From positions 1-18,723 of the forward strand of contig JAYUUO010000016.1 in the NCBI GenBank assembly GCA_043754515.1: a stretch of 18,723 nt of DNA, written 5' to 3'. Positions within the stretch are counted from its first letter, which is position 1, and each line of letters begins with the position of its first letter. The DNA is from Armatimonadota bacterium. Its GTDB lineage: Bacteria; Armatimonadota; Armatimonadia; Armatimonadales; Armatimonadaceae. The translations under genes and the position numbers were made by a program. Of this stretch, positions 9,031-16,484 are shown one piece after another. A model generated the notes under the pieces. That model was not told where the DNA came from and ran no database searches. It worked only from the letters and a program-made list of their open reading frames with translations.

Positions 9031-9242
9031 TGACGGTTTCCGAGCGGTTGCGTGGGGACGGCGACAGTCGCGGCTGTGTCAATCGCGCTTATTACGCGCT
9101 GTATCAAGCGGTAACCGCAGTGTGTTGGACGCACGGCGACGCCCCGCTGTTCGCACACGGCTGGGGCAACCCGGCGCACGATCAGTTGCCGGGGTTAATA
9201 TCAAATAACGACGACCTGCCTTTAACCCCGCGCCGAAAGTGA
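9030..9242 (+). pseudogene. Truncated HEPN-domain (UPF0332-like) gene
   Basis: SRGCVNRAYYALYQAVTAV...HG...H matches the N-terminal half of HEPN proteins; the C-terminal R-x3-DY/RxxxxH region is absent; the ATG overlaps the upstream TGA. Confidence 0.65.
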
Positions 9243-9576
9243 CGGTCTGTGCGTCAGCAGTACCGCGTGTGCCGAGAACGCCGCTACGGGTGCTGGTGAC
9301 GCCGGTTCCGACCGCGCCGCTGGTGGCAAGCGTGACGCCCCAGTTCTCGTTGAAGTTCTGACCACCGTTTACGGAAGTCGAGGTGGTGTAGTTGACGGTG
9401 ATGCCGGACTGGACGAGGGTTTCGCTGCTCGCCCCACTCCCGTTGGCGCCCCAGTTCACGGTGTCTAGTTGCTGTGGCGGCGGCTCGGCTCGGGCGTTGG
9501 TGGTCGTGAGGGCGAGCGATACGGCGGCGAGCGCGGCGGACAGGGCGAGCGGGGCGATCTGGTTGATGCGTTTCAT
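9079..9576 (-). pseudogene. Secreted protein gene (probable PEP-CTERM-type) truncated at about 9225-9240
   Basis: ATG 9576 with AAGAAAG RBS-like sequence; signal peptide MKRINQIAPLALSAALAAVSLALTTTNARA; S/T/G/N-rich beta-type mature region up to QTVTFGAG, then an R/P-rich tail that is antisense to the HEPN fragment. Confidence 0.65.
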
Positions 9577-9734
9577 CGGTCTGCTTTCTTGTTGCGATGC
9601 TGGTGCGGAAGTGTCCGCACGGCGCGCACGGGTCGGTACCGCTTGGAGCGCGGCGGGTTTTCGATAGCAGGCACGGTATTCGCGCTTGGGTTCTATTGTG
9701 CGGGCGGCTTTCGGGGCGTGGGGACAATGGCAGA

Positions 9735-9750
9735 AAAAGCGTAACACTTT
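9735..9750 (+). promoter_or_regulatory. Conserved operator-like motif AAAAGCGTAACACTTT, copy 1
   Basis: Identical 16-mer at 16461-16476 and inverted at 11271-11286; pseudo-palindrome AAAG-Y-GT-W-AC-R-CTTT; 34 nt from a minus-strand CACAAT (9700-9695). Confidence 0.75.
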
Positions 9751-9774
9751 GTTGAATGCGGTGTTGAATGAGGT
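9751..9774 (+). repeat. 12-bp tandem repeat GTTGAATG(C/A)GGT x2
   Basis: GTTGAATGCGGT followed directly by GTTGAATGAGGT (11/12 identical), adjacent to motif copy 1. Confidence 0.7.
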
Positions 9775-9833
9775 ACCGACACGCGGTTACGAAGCCGGGT
9801 TAGAAATCATACTTACGGGGTTGATAGGAACTT

Positions 9834-11075
9834 ATGTTCTCGGATGTGCTACGCGATTTACGGAGGGGGCGGTGCTTGTCACTGGGGCAGCTATCCCTGC
9901 GATCCGGTGTCACGAAGGCGACGCTGTCGCGCTGGGAGGCGGGGGTGTATCAGCCGCGCCTTCCCGAACTCGGCTCTGTTCTGGATGCGCTGGGTGCGTC
10001 GCGGACCGACCGCACCCGGTGTTTGCAGACGCTTCATGCGCCCCGCGCTGTCGCCGCCGCCCGCTCCGAGAAAAGCGTCGCCCTGCACCTGTCGCTCGGC
10101 GATCTGTTGTACGGGTTGCGAGCGCGGGCGGGCGAAACACAGGAAACGGTGGCGCGAACGGTCGGAGTGTCTCGCGCTTTGTTTCGGAAATGGGAGTACG
10201 ACGATTGCGTTCCGTCGGAGGCGCAGATCCACACGATCTGTTTCGCTCTCGACGCGACATCTGACGAGGTCGTCACGCTGACGACGCGCCGATTCGCCGA
10301 CGTCGCGCCGGATAGAAGCCGCGACGCCATTCTGCACCGCGTGGCGATGACCGCGTACTGGGACGAAGCCTTTTCCGCCCCGCTCTACCGTTTGATGCTA
10401 ACGTCGTATCTCGCGCTCCTCGGTCGTCAAACGCGGCAAGGCAAGGCGGACAACGCCGACCTCGCGCTTTTGTTTACCAAACTCGGCGATTCGGCGACGT
10501 TTTTGAGCGATGACGAAGCCGCGGCGACGCACTGTCACGCCCGCGCCCGCGCGTATGCGGAACGCGCCCTTGAGCCGGTTCATTTCCATGTCATCGGGTC
10601 GGCGCGCGCTTTGCTAGACGAGAGAGCAAACCCGGCACCGCTACGGCAACGCGTTGACGCCGCGCTTGCGTGGAAGCCGCGCTTTCCGACAAACGCGGGC
10701 AAGGCGTACCTGCTGATGTTTATCGCCAAGGAGATGGCGAAGGAAGAACCGGACGAAGCACTGCGTATGGCCGACGAGTACTGCGCTTTGGTCGCGGGGG
10801 ACGCCGACGAGTACCCGTGCCGACTGAGCGACCGGGGGCGACTGCTCAACCTATGCGGTCGCCCCGCCGAGGCGGTCGCGTTTGTGCAGAAGTTAACCCC
10901 GCAGGACGATTTCCGCGCCGGTCTCCAGCAGTTGGATCTCGCCAGGGGGTTAATCGCCCTCGGTTCGGTCGCGGAAGCGGGGCAGTGCGTGGACGCCGCG
11001 AAACGGGTTCTGTCGCCCAAATCGCGCCTCGCTGTCACACTACAAATCGCCGATTTGGAGCGCGACTTAGGATAA
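9834..11075 (+). CDS. Transcriptional regulator with two tandem XRE/Cro-C1 HTH domains and a helical TPR-like C-terminus
   Basis: HTH1 LRDLRRGRCLSLGQLSLRSGVTKATLSRWEAGVYQP; HTH2 LYGLRARAGETQETVARTVGVSRALFRKWEYDDCVP; TPR-like RGRLLNLCGRPAEAVAF and LARGLIALGSVAEAGQC; AGGA RBS. Confidence 0.88.
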   Translation: MFSDVLRDLRRGRCLSLGQLSLRSGVTKATLSRWEAGVYQPRLPELGSVLDALGASRTDRTRCLQTLHAPRAVAAARSEKSVALHLSLGDLLYGLRARAGETQETVARTVGVSRALFRKWEYDDCVPSEAQIHTICFALDATSDEVVTLTTRRFADVAPDRSRDAILHRVAMTAYWDEAFSAPLYRLMLTSYLALLGRQTRQGKADNADLALLFTKLGDSATFLSDDEAAATHCHARARAYAERALEPVHFHVIGSARALLDERANPAPLRQRVDAALAWKPRFPTNAGKAYLLMFIAKEMAKEEPDEALRMADEYCALVAGDADEYPCRLSDRGRLLNLCGRPAEAVAFVQKLTPQDDFRAGLQQLDLARGLIALGSVAEAGQCVDAAKRVLSPKSRLAVTLQIADLERDLG

Positions 11076-11093
11076 CGCGCCCCGCGCCGACAC

Positions 11094-11121
11094 CGCGAGG
11101 CGCATCACGCGAGGCGCATCA
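11094..11121 (+). repeat. Perfect 14-bp tandem duplication CGCGAGGCGCATCA x2
   Basis: Read directly at 11094-11107 and 11108-11121. Confidence 0.9.
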
Positions 11122-11270
11122 AATGTCGCCCCGGCGTTTGGCCCCAGTAGCGGTTGTTGCCGCGCGTGGAAACGCCGCGCCGCCAAACGTGCCGCTCGCC
11201 CCACCGTTCTGAAATCCGCGTTGTTCGCTCCGGGTGTGCCGTCCGCGATGCTCCGGTTCACACCAGAAAC

Positions 11271-11286
11271 AAAGTGTTACGCTTTT
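11271..11286 (-). promoter_or_regulatory. Conserved operator-like motif, copy 2 (inverted)
   Basis: AAAGTGTTACGCTTTT is the reverse complement of copies 1 and 3; flanks also resemble copy 1 (GGCA...motif...GTT...GGTG(T)TGAA); 32 nt from AATAAT (11319-11324). Confidence 0.75.
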
Positions 11287-11389
11287 GTGCCGTTCCTCCC
11301 GAACGGGCAAAAGGGAGGAATAATGAGACGTGTGAGGGGAGTTGCGCACATGCCCGGAAGCACCCCTCCTGTTGCCTCAATGCATCTTC

Positions 11390-11434
11390 GCGCACCGTCT
11401 CCACGAAGGAAGGTGCGCACCGTCTCACGAAAGG
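11390..11434 (+). repeat. Imperfect ~20-bp direct repeat GCGCACCGTCTC(C)ACGAA(A)GG x2
   Basis: 11390-11409 GCGCACCGTCTCCACGAAGG and 11415-11434 GCGCACCGTCTCACGAAAGG. Confidence 0.8.
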
Positions 11435-11445
11435 TTTACCTCCGT

Positions 11446-11590
11446 TTATTGCCCGTGATACGCGCCCTCGTGAACCCGGTCGTAATCGTTAAGGCTCTCA
11501 AACGCCGTAAGTTCGCGCTCGCGGGCGGGCAGAGCGAGGTCGGCTTCGTACATCGGCGCGGCAGGCGCGTTCGCTATAAGGCGCGCGGTA
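11446..11590 (-). pseudogene. C-terminal remnant of a putative antitoxin-like protein
   Basis: Minus frame reads ARLIANAPAAPMYEADLALPARERELTAFESLNDYDRVHEGAYHGQ*. The YxxD...ELTAFxxL pattern recalls small acidic proteins encoded upstream of PemK/MazF toxins (recall-based, not verified). Confidence 0.4.
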
Positions 11591-11632
11591 GGGTTATGCC
11601 ATGCGATACGCTAAATGCCGGAGGCCCGATTC

Positions 11633-11884
11633 ATGCCTACCTTACGAAGACTTCGTTGACTTTTTAGTCGCCGAAGCCGCACCCGTCAAAATCATCGCGT
11701 TCGCGCCGAGTGACGCTTCCCGCGCCGCGCTTACGAACTGCTCGCGCACGAAAAAGACGGCGCTATCACCACCGCCGAGAAGCGTAAACTCGATCAGTTC
11801 GTTCAACTCGAACACGTCTTACGCGTCGCAAAAGCCCGCGCCTATGAGGGAATCGCCGCCACCGGGGGCTCGGTTCCCAAGTAA
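11633..11884 (+). pseudogene. Frameshifted antitoxin-like partner of the HNH gene
   Basis: GGAGG (11620-11624) and ATG 11633. Correcting frameshifts near 11641 and 11726 gives MPT-YEDFVDFLVAEAAPVKIIAFAPSDASRA-AYELLAHEKDGAITTAEKRKLDQFVQLEHVLRVAKARA...*, a pattern typical of genes upstream of HNH nucleases. Confidence 0.7.
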
Positions 11885-11887
11885 GCC

Positions 11888-12336
11888 ATGAGCGTTGCGT
11901 GTATCCCGCCGACCTGTACCGACTCGTTATCGCCCGTGCCGATAACGTTTGCGAGTATTGCCGTGCCCCCGCGTCCGCCGTGTTTTACGGTTGCGCCGGA
12001 CAAATCGCGCAACGATTTTCCGATGATCACATCGTCAGCGAAAAGCACGGCGGCTTGACTGTCGCAGCAAACCATGCCCTCGCATGTTTCCTTTGTAACC
12101 GGAACAAGGGTAGCAATGTCGCTACACTCGACCCGAAAGCCGGTGTGTTTGTGGGTTTCTTCCATCCACGCATCGGCGTCAGGAGCAATCATTTCGCGTT
12201 CGACCCCGGCGACGGCGTGACGTTTGAAGGGGTAGCCGACATCAGCGTGGCGACGATCCGCATTTTCGGCATCAACAACACCGAACGCGTGTTCGAGCGC
12301 GGCATCCTACGAAACGCCGGTCGCTACCCCGGTTAG
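11888..12336 (+). pseudogene. HNH endonuclease, probably inactivated (5' frameshift, insertion, motif substitutions)
   Basis: RADNVCEYC, DHIVSEKHGG, ALACFLCNRNKGS, FFHPR...HF and GRYP motifs. ATG 11888 (3 nt after the upstream TAA) is out of frame with the body, implying a 1-nt deletion near 11906; GTG 11899 is a possible rescue start. Confidence 0.75.
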
Positions 12337-12363
12337 CGCACCGGAATAGCGACCGACAGATGA

Positions 12364-12942
12364 CTACTTGCGGCGGCGCGCGACGACCACGGCGCCCATG
12401 CCGAACGCAGGCAGCAGAAGCGCGAGCGTCCCCGCTTCCGGCACCGTGACCGCGTTCGTCACCTTGATCGTGAACGCTACCGGGTCGGCGTTCAAAACGT
12501 CCGAGCCGCCGGGACCGCCGCCGGCGATGCTTATCATGCCGCCCGACGACACTCCCACCTTCGCGTTCGCGCCGACTTGGACGCCGAACACCTCGAACAT
12601 GACTTTCTGCCCCGGCGTCAGGTAATACTGGCCTACGTTGTTGGGGTCGGTGTCTTCGGTTAGGAAGTTCGGCACGTTATTGAAGAACGGGTTGTCATCC
12701 ACGGTAAAGTTTGGGCTGGTGAGGATGTTGCCTTCGATGATCAAGTCCGAGATGTACAGGTTGTCGCTGGGCAGCAGGTTCGTGAACGTAGCGAAATACT
12801 GCACCGTGCTGCCGGGCGTCGCCGCGCCGACTGCGGTAAGTTTTAGGTCGAGACCTTGCGCGGACGCAGCGAGCGGGGCGAGAACGGCGGCGGCGATGAG
12901 GGAAACGCGCAGGGCAGTCGCCGCGCTAAACAAACGATTCAT
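12364..12942 (-). CDS. PEP-CTERM sorting domain-containing secreted protein
   Basis: ATG 12942 with AAGGA RBS; signal peptide MNRLFSAATALRVSLIAAAVLAPLAASAQ; C-terminal VPEAGTLALLLPAFGMGAVVVARRRK (VPE + TM + basic cluster). Confidence 0.9.
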   Translation of the reverse strand: MNRLFSAATALRVSLIAAAVLAPLAASAQGLDLKLTAVGAATPGSTVQYFATFTNLLPSDNLYISDLIIEGNILTSPNFTVDDNPFFNNVPNFLTEDTDPNNVGQYYLTPGQKVMFEVFGVQVGANAKVGVSSGGMISIAGGGPGGSDVLNADPVAFTIKVTNAVTVPEAGTLALLLPAFGMGAVVVARRRK

Positions 12943-13038
12943 GGATGTATCCTTTAGTAAACAGGGGGTCGGGAGCGCGGCACACCTTGCTGTGTGCCGC
13001 GCCGGGGAGGGCATTGGCAACGAGCCGTTGTCGGACGG

Positions 13039-16000
13039 TTAGTTACTGGGCGTGGTGAATTGAATGCGTCCGTTGAACTCGAACGGATGCACTACGCCGT
13101 TATCGGTATAGCTGCCGATGACATTCACCATGGCGGGGTACCTCTGACCGGGCGTAAATGGATTCGTTCTGACGAGAAATGAGCGGCTCGTTACACCTGC
13201 TCCCGCCTTCACGGTGCCATAAACGACGGGAAGCGTCACGGAAGAATCGAGCGTGGCGTCCGCGCCGTTGACAGTCACCTTGAACGCCGTCACGGTCACA
13301 TCCGTCGCATCCAAGCCGCCGATGTTGCCGAACGTGAACGGCACGCGATACCCATACGCCACGTCTCCATTACTGCTTGTGTAAGTAAAGCTGGGGAAAA
13401 GCGTCGGCGGCACAATGTACCGCGCTTTGACGGGGCGGGTGTTAGTCGGCAGGGGGCTGACAAGCGGGATGCGATAGATGCCGCGCCCGTAAGTCGCCGC
13501 CATCAGGTAGCCCGTCCCCGGCATTGCCTTGAGCGTTCGCACCGACACCGCCGGGAAGCCGAGCGGTTGCGTCGCGTTCGTCCATGTCGCGCCGCCGTCC
13601 GTGGTTTGATACACGCCGTTATCCGCGCCCGCGTACCATGTGGTGAGCGGCGCGGCGAAGTCACGCGCCAGCGTGTTGAACGGCGCATCCGGCAGACCCG
13701 TCGGAGTTGTCGGACCCGGACCCGAACGATCTAGGAACGTCGGCGTCGCAACCGACGTGTCCTCACACTGATAGACGTGACCGCTACCCGTACCGGACAA
13801 CGTGACCAGTATGTCTTTGTCATTCGTGTCGTTGACACTGATCGAAGTGATCGCCCGAGTCGGCAGCGCACCGGTCGGCGCGGGGACTCCCGGTGCGGTA
13901 CTCAACCGCGTCCAGTTCGCGCCATTATCGAACGACCCCCACAACGAACCGTTCGGCGCTCCGGCGTAGATAGTCGTGCTTTTCGAGGGCGCGACCGCGA
14001 TACAGCGCAAACCGACGCCTTGGTTGTCGCCGTCAAGACCTTTGCTGTTATCGCTGTCGTTACCCGTCAGGCTGGCGGTGCCGAGGCGCGTCCACTTTGC
14101 CGTGAGCGGGCTGTAACGCCACGGGAAGTTCGACCCCACATACATCTCGTTCGGAAAGTTCGGGTTGATGCCGCAATACCCGATGAGCGGTTTGGCGTCG
14201 CCCTGACCGAAAGGCGGTGTTATTTCTGCTCTGTTCGCCCAGCTGTCCTGAGTTACAAAGGTGCCCAGGTTATTGTTTAGCAGGTAACTGCGCAAGGGGT
14301 TTGTCGGGTCCTGCGCCGCGCCCGCCCCGTCGCCCGCGACGGTGGCACGCCAGTTGTTGAGATCGCCTGTAGCGACCACCGCGCCGTTATCCTGCAACCC
14401 ACCTAACATGAAGTTCTCGTTGTACGGATGGAAGTCCGCTTGGTAGAACAGGGTGGTCGGTAAGTTAGCGTTGCGATCTTGCGTGGTTACCCAGGTAGCT
14501 AACGTCGGTGCCGCCGTCATCGGGTCGGTGTAGGTCACGGGGAAAAAACCGCCATCGTTGCCGATATAGACGCGACTCGGATCGCCAGGCGCGACCACCG
14601 AGAAGTGGTTGTCGCAATGTAGGATGGTATCGCTTTCTCGGCTTCTGCCGAAGTCCACCCAGTTGGGCGTCCAGTTGGCGTCGCTGACACCGAGCGCGCA
14701 GTTAACGCCCCAAAGTGACGGGTACAGGGCGTCTTTGAGAACGCCATTGACCGGTTGCGCCGCGCAGTTGAGGTACACGTTGTAGAACGTCTGCCCCCAG
14801 TTTTTAGCACCATTGAACGCGCCGGGCGTGCCAACACCGCTGATCTCTGTCCAAGTGTAGGTGTCGTTTGCCGGGTTACGCACGCCTTTGAGGAGTGCCT
14901 TATCGGAGGCGCGCAGCACGTAAACGAGGTTTGCGTCAACGGCGGATGCCGCCACGCGGAAGCCGTCGGTGTAATCTACCGTGCCGCCGTTGAAGGCGTT
15001 TGTCGGCAACGGTATCTGCGTCCACGTTGCGCCTTGGTCTACCGAGCGCCACAACCCCGCCTGTGCCGCAACATCCGACATCCCGGAGGCGTAGTAGTAG
15101 CGCCGGTTGTTTGCCTCATCGCGCGGACTCGCCGAAAGCGACGTCCACCGCGTGCCGCCGTTGTCTGCCCCATCGCCGAGCGTATCCACGATCCGCGTCC
15201 AAGTCACGCCGCCGTCGGTCGAACGCCAGCGGTAGCCCGTCGTGCTGCTATACGTCGCGGTGGTAGCGACCACAACACCGGCCGTGTCCTTGTCAAAAAC
15301 AATAACGCTCACCGCGTCGCCGACGATGCCCTTAGCCACCATCGGGATCGGCGTCCATGTCACGCCGCCGTCGGTCGAGCGCAGCACACCGCGCCCGGTG
15401 TTGCGCCCTTCGCCGCCTTGCGCATCGCCAAGACCGACCAGAATGTTCTGCGCGTTGAACGGGTCAATCGCTATTGTATTCGTTTCCTGCCGGGCTAAAA
15501 AGGCGTCGGCAATGGGTGCCCAAGTCACGCCCGCGTCGTTGGTTCTCCACACGCCGCCGGTGCTGGTCGCCGCGAAAACGGTGTTAGCGTCGGTTGGCGA
15601 TACTGCCATACCGTTGATACGACCACTGAAGTTCGCTTCGGGAGGACCATAGAATTTCCGTTGCCCGGAAGTGTTGACGAAGTTACGAGTGCCGACCGGT
15701 TCCCATTTTGTAGGGGCTACGGGAGCGGCGGGCGCGATGCCGCCCGAAACCGACGGCGTGCGATACAAGCCGGGATTCGCGGCGAGGGTCGCGGCGTCAA
15801 TTCCGCGGATCATCACGCGGTGGCGAACGCTCGTGGTCGCGGGCATGGCATCGCGGTGGGCGTCGGCGCGCACCAGGGCGGCGGAGTCAATCGTGTCGCG
15901 CGGAAACGCGCGCTCGCGCATCTCTTGCAGATACGCATCGTAATAGTCCGGCTCGCGCTCAGAACGGAACGGGTCGGCGGGTTCGGCACGGCGCGCTGCT

Positions 16001-16266
16001 TTGGCGGCTTCAACCGCCCCGTCATACGCTTTCTCCGCGGCGGCGCGCGCCTTGACATACGCAGTCATTTTCGAGACCGACGCGATTCGCTCGGGAAGCG
16101 GCACGGCGAGGGCGGGGTTTCGGAGGGCGGCTTTTAACCGGGCGTCCGCAGGCGTCGCTTGGGCCTTGGCGGCGGGCTTCGGGTGTACGGGAGCGGCGGT
16201 CGCGGCGAGGGGAACGCTAAGCGCTATGCTCAAGGTCGTTGCAAACAGAGGAGTTCGTTTCATCAA
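13039..16266 (-). CDS. Large secreted BNR/Asp-box repeat beta-propeller protein (GH74/sialidase/VPS10-like) with a C-terminal beta-sandwich
   Basis: Signal peptide; six Asp-box repeats (WRTNDAGVTW, LRSTDGGVTW, WRSTDGGVTW, WRSVDQGATW, WGSFDNGANW, YQTTDGGATW); SGRINGMAV, HCDNH, GNDGG, GGLQDNG and ATYGRG motifs; TAGAAAG RBS-like sequence. Confidence 0.9.
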   Translation of the reverse strand: MMKRTPLFATTLSIALSVPLAATAAPVHPKPAAKAQATPADARLKAALRNPALAVPLPERIASVSKMTAYVKARAAAEKAYDGAVEAAKAARRAEPADPFRSEREPDYYDAYLQEMRERAFPRDTIDSAALVRADAHRDAMPATTSVRHRVMIRGIDAATLAANPGLYRTPSVSGGIAPAAPVAPTKWEPVGTRNFVNTSGQRKFYGPPEANFSGRINGMAVSPTDANTVFAATSTGGVWRTNDAGVTWAPIADAFLARQETNTIAIDPFNAQNILVGLGDAQGGEGRNTGRGVLRSTDGGVTWTPIPMVAKGIVGDAVSVIVFDKDTAGVVVATTATYSSTTGYRWRSTDGGVTWTRIVDTLGDGADNGGTRWTSLSASPRDEANNRRYYYASGMSDVAAQAGLWRSVDQGATWTQIPLPTNAFNGGTVDYTDGFRVAASAVDANLVYVLRASDKALLKGVRNPANDTYTWTEISGVGTPGAFNGAKNWGQTFYNVYLNCAAQPVNGVLKDALYPSLWGVNCALGVSDANWTPNWVDFGRSRESDTILHCDNHFSVVAPGDPSRVYIGNDGGFFPVTYTDPMTAAPTLATWVTTQDRNANLPTTLFYQADFHPYNENFMLGGLQDNGAVVATGDLNNWRATVAGDGAGAAQDPTNPLRSYLLNNNLGTFVTQDSWANRAEITPPFGQGDAKPLIGYCGINPNFPNEMYVGSNFPWRYSPLTAKWTRLGTASLTGNDSDNSKGLDGDNQGVGLRCIAVAPSKSTTIYAGAPNGSLWGSFDNGANWTRLSTAPGVPAPTGALPTRAITSISVNDTNDKDILVTLSGTGSGHVYQCEDTSVATPTFLDRSGPGPTTPTGLPDAPFNTLARDFAAPLTTWYAGADNGVYQTTDGGATWTNATQPLGFPAVSVRTLKAMPGTGYLMAATYGRGIYRIPLVSPLPTNTRPVKARYIVPPTLFPSFTYTSSNGDVAYGYRVPFTFGNIGGLDATDVTVTAFKVTVNGADATLDSSVTLPVVYGTVKAGAGVTSRSFLVRTNPFTPGQRYPAMVNVIGSYTDNGVVHPFEFNGRIQFTTPSN

Positions 16267-16452
16267 ATGCTTTCTATGCGGTGTAGACAGTACAAACGGA
16301 CGGTGCGACGCGAACAGTGCTATGTCTGCGTTTCGCGGTTCCGATAGGCGCGATCCTCCGGTAGTCCGGTATTGCGGAGGTTTGCCGCAGCTCGCGCCAG
16401 GGCGGGTGTGCCATTGCCAGAATCGTATCGCGGCATTTCTCGTTTCGGGGGC

Positions 16453-16477
16453 GTGTTACTAAAAGCGTAACACTTTT
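16453..16477 (+). promoter_or_regulatory. Conserved operator-like motif, copy 3, with an overlapping inverted repeat GTGTTAC-N7-GTAACAC
   Basis: AAAAGCGTAACACTTTT at 16461-16477; 33 nt from a minus-strand TACGAT (16427-16422); shares upstream TTTCGGGG(G)CGTG with copy 1. Confidence 0.75.
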
Positions 16478-16484
16478 CTGTGGA

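Noticed and set aside
9577..9747. Upstream extension of ORF 9079-9747
   Set aside because: Covers the operator/promoter; the RBS and signal peptide indicate a start at 9576.
11221..11667. Plus-strand 148-aa ORF (or from ATG 11323 after GGAGG)
   Set aside because: Arg-rich, no recognisable motifs, crosses the operator and repeats, and its 3' half is the antisense of a more protein-like minus frame.
16454..16472. TnrA/GlnR box (TGTNA-N7-TNACA) linking the motif to nitrogen control
   Set aside because: The spacer here is 9 nt, and the motif was not found upstream of amtB.
9735..16477. The three 16-bp copies as a CRISPR array, IS terminal inverted repeats or attC sites
   Set aside because: Spacing is kilobases and irregular, no cas, transposase or integrase gene lies between them, no flanking target duplications were seen, and the constant distance to -10-like boxes favours a regulatory site.
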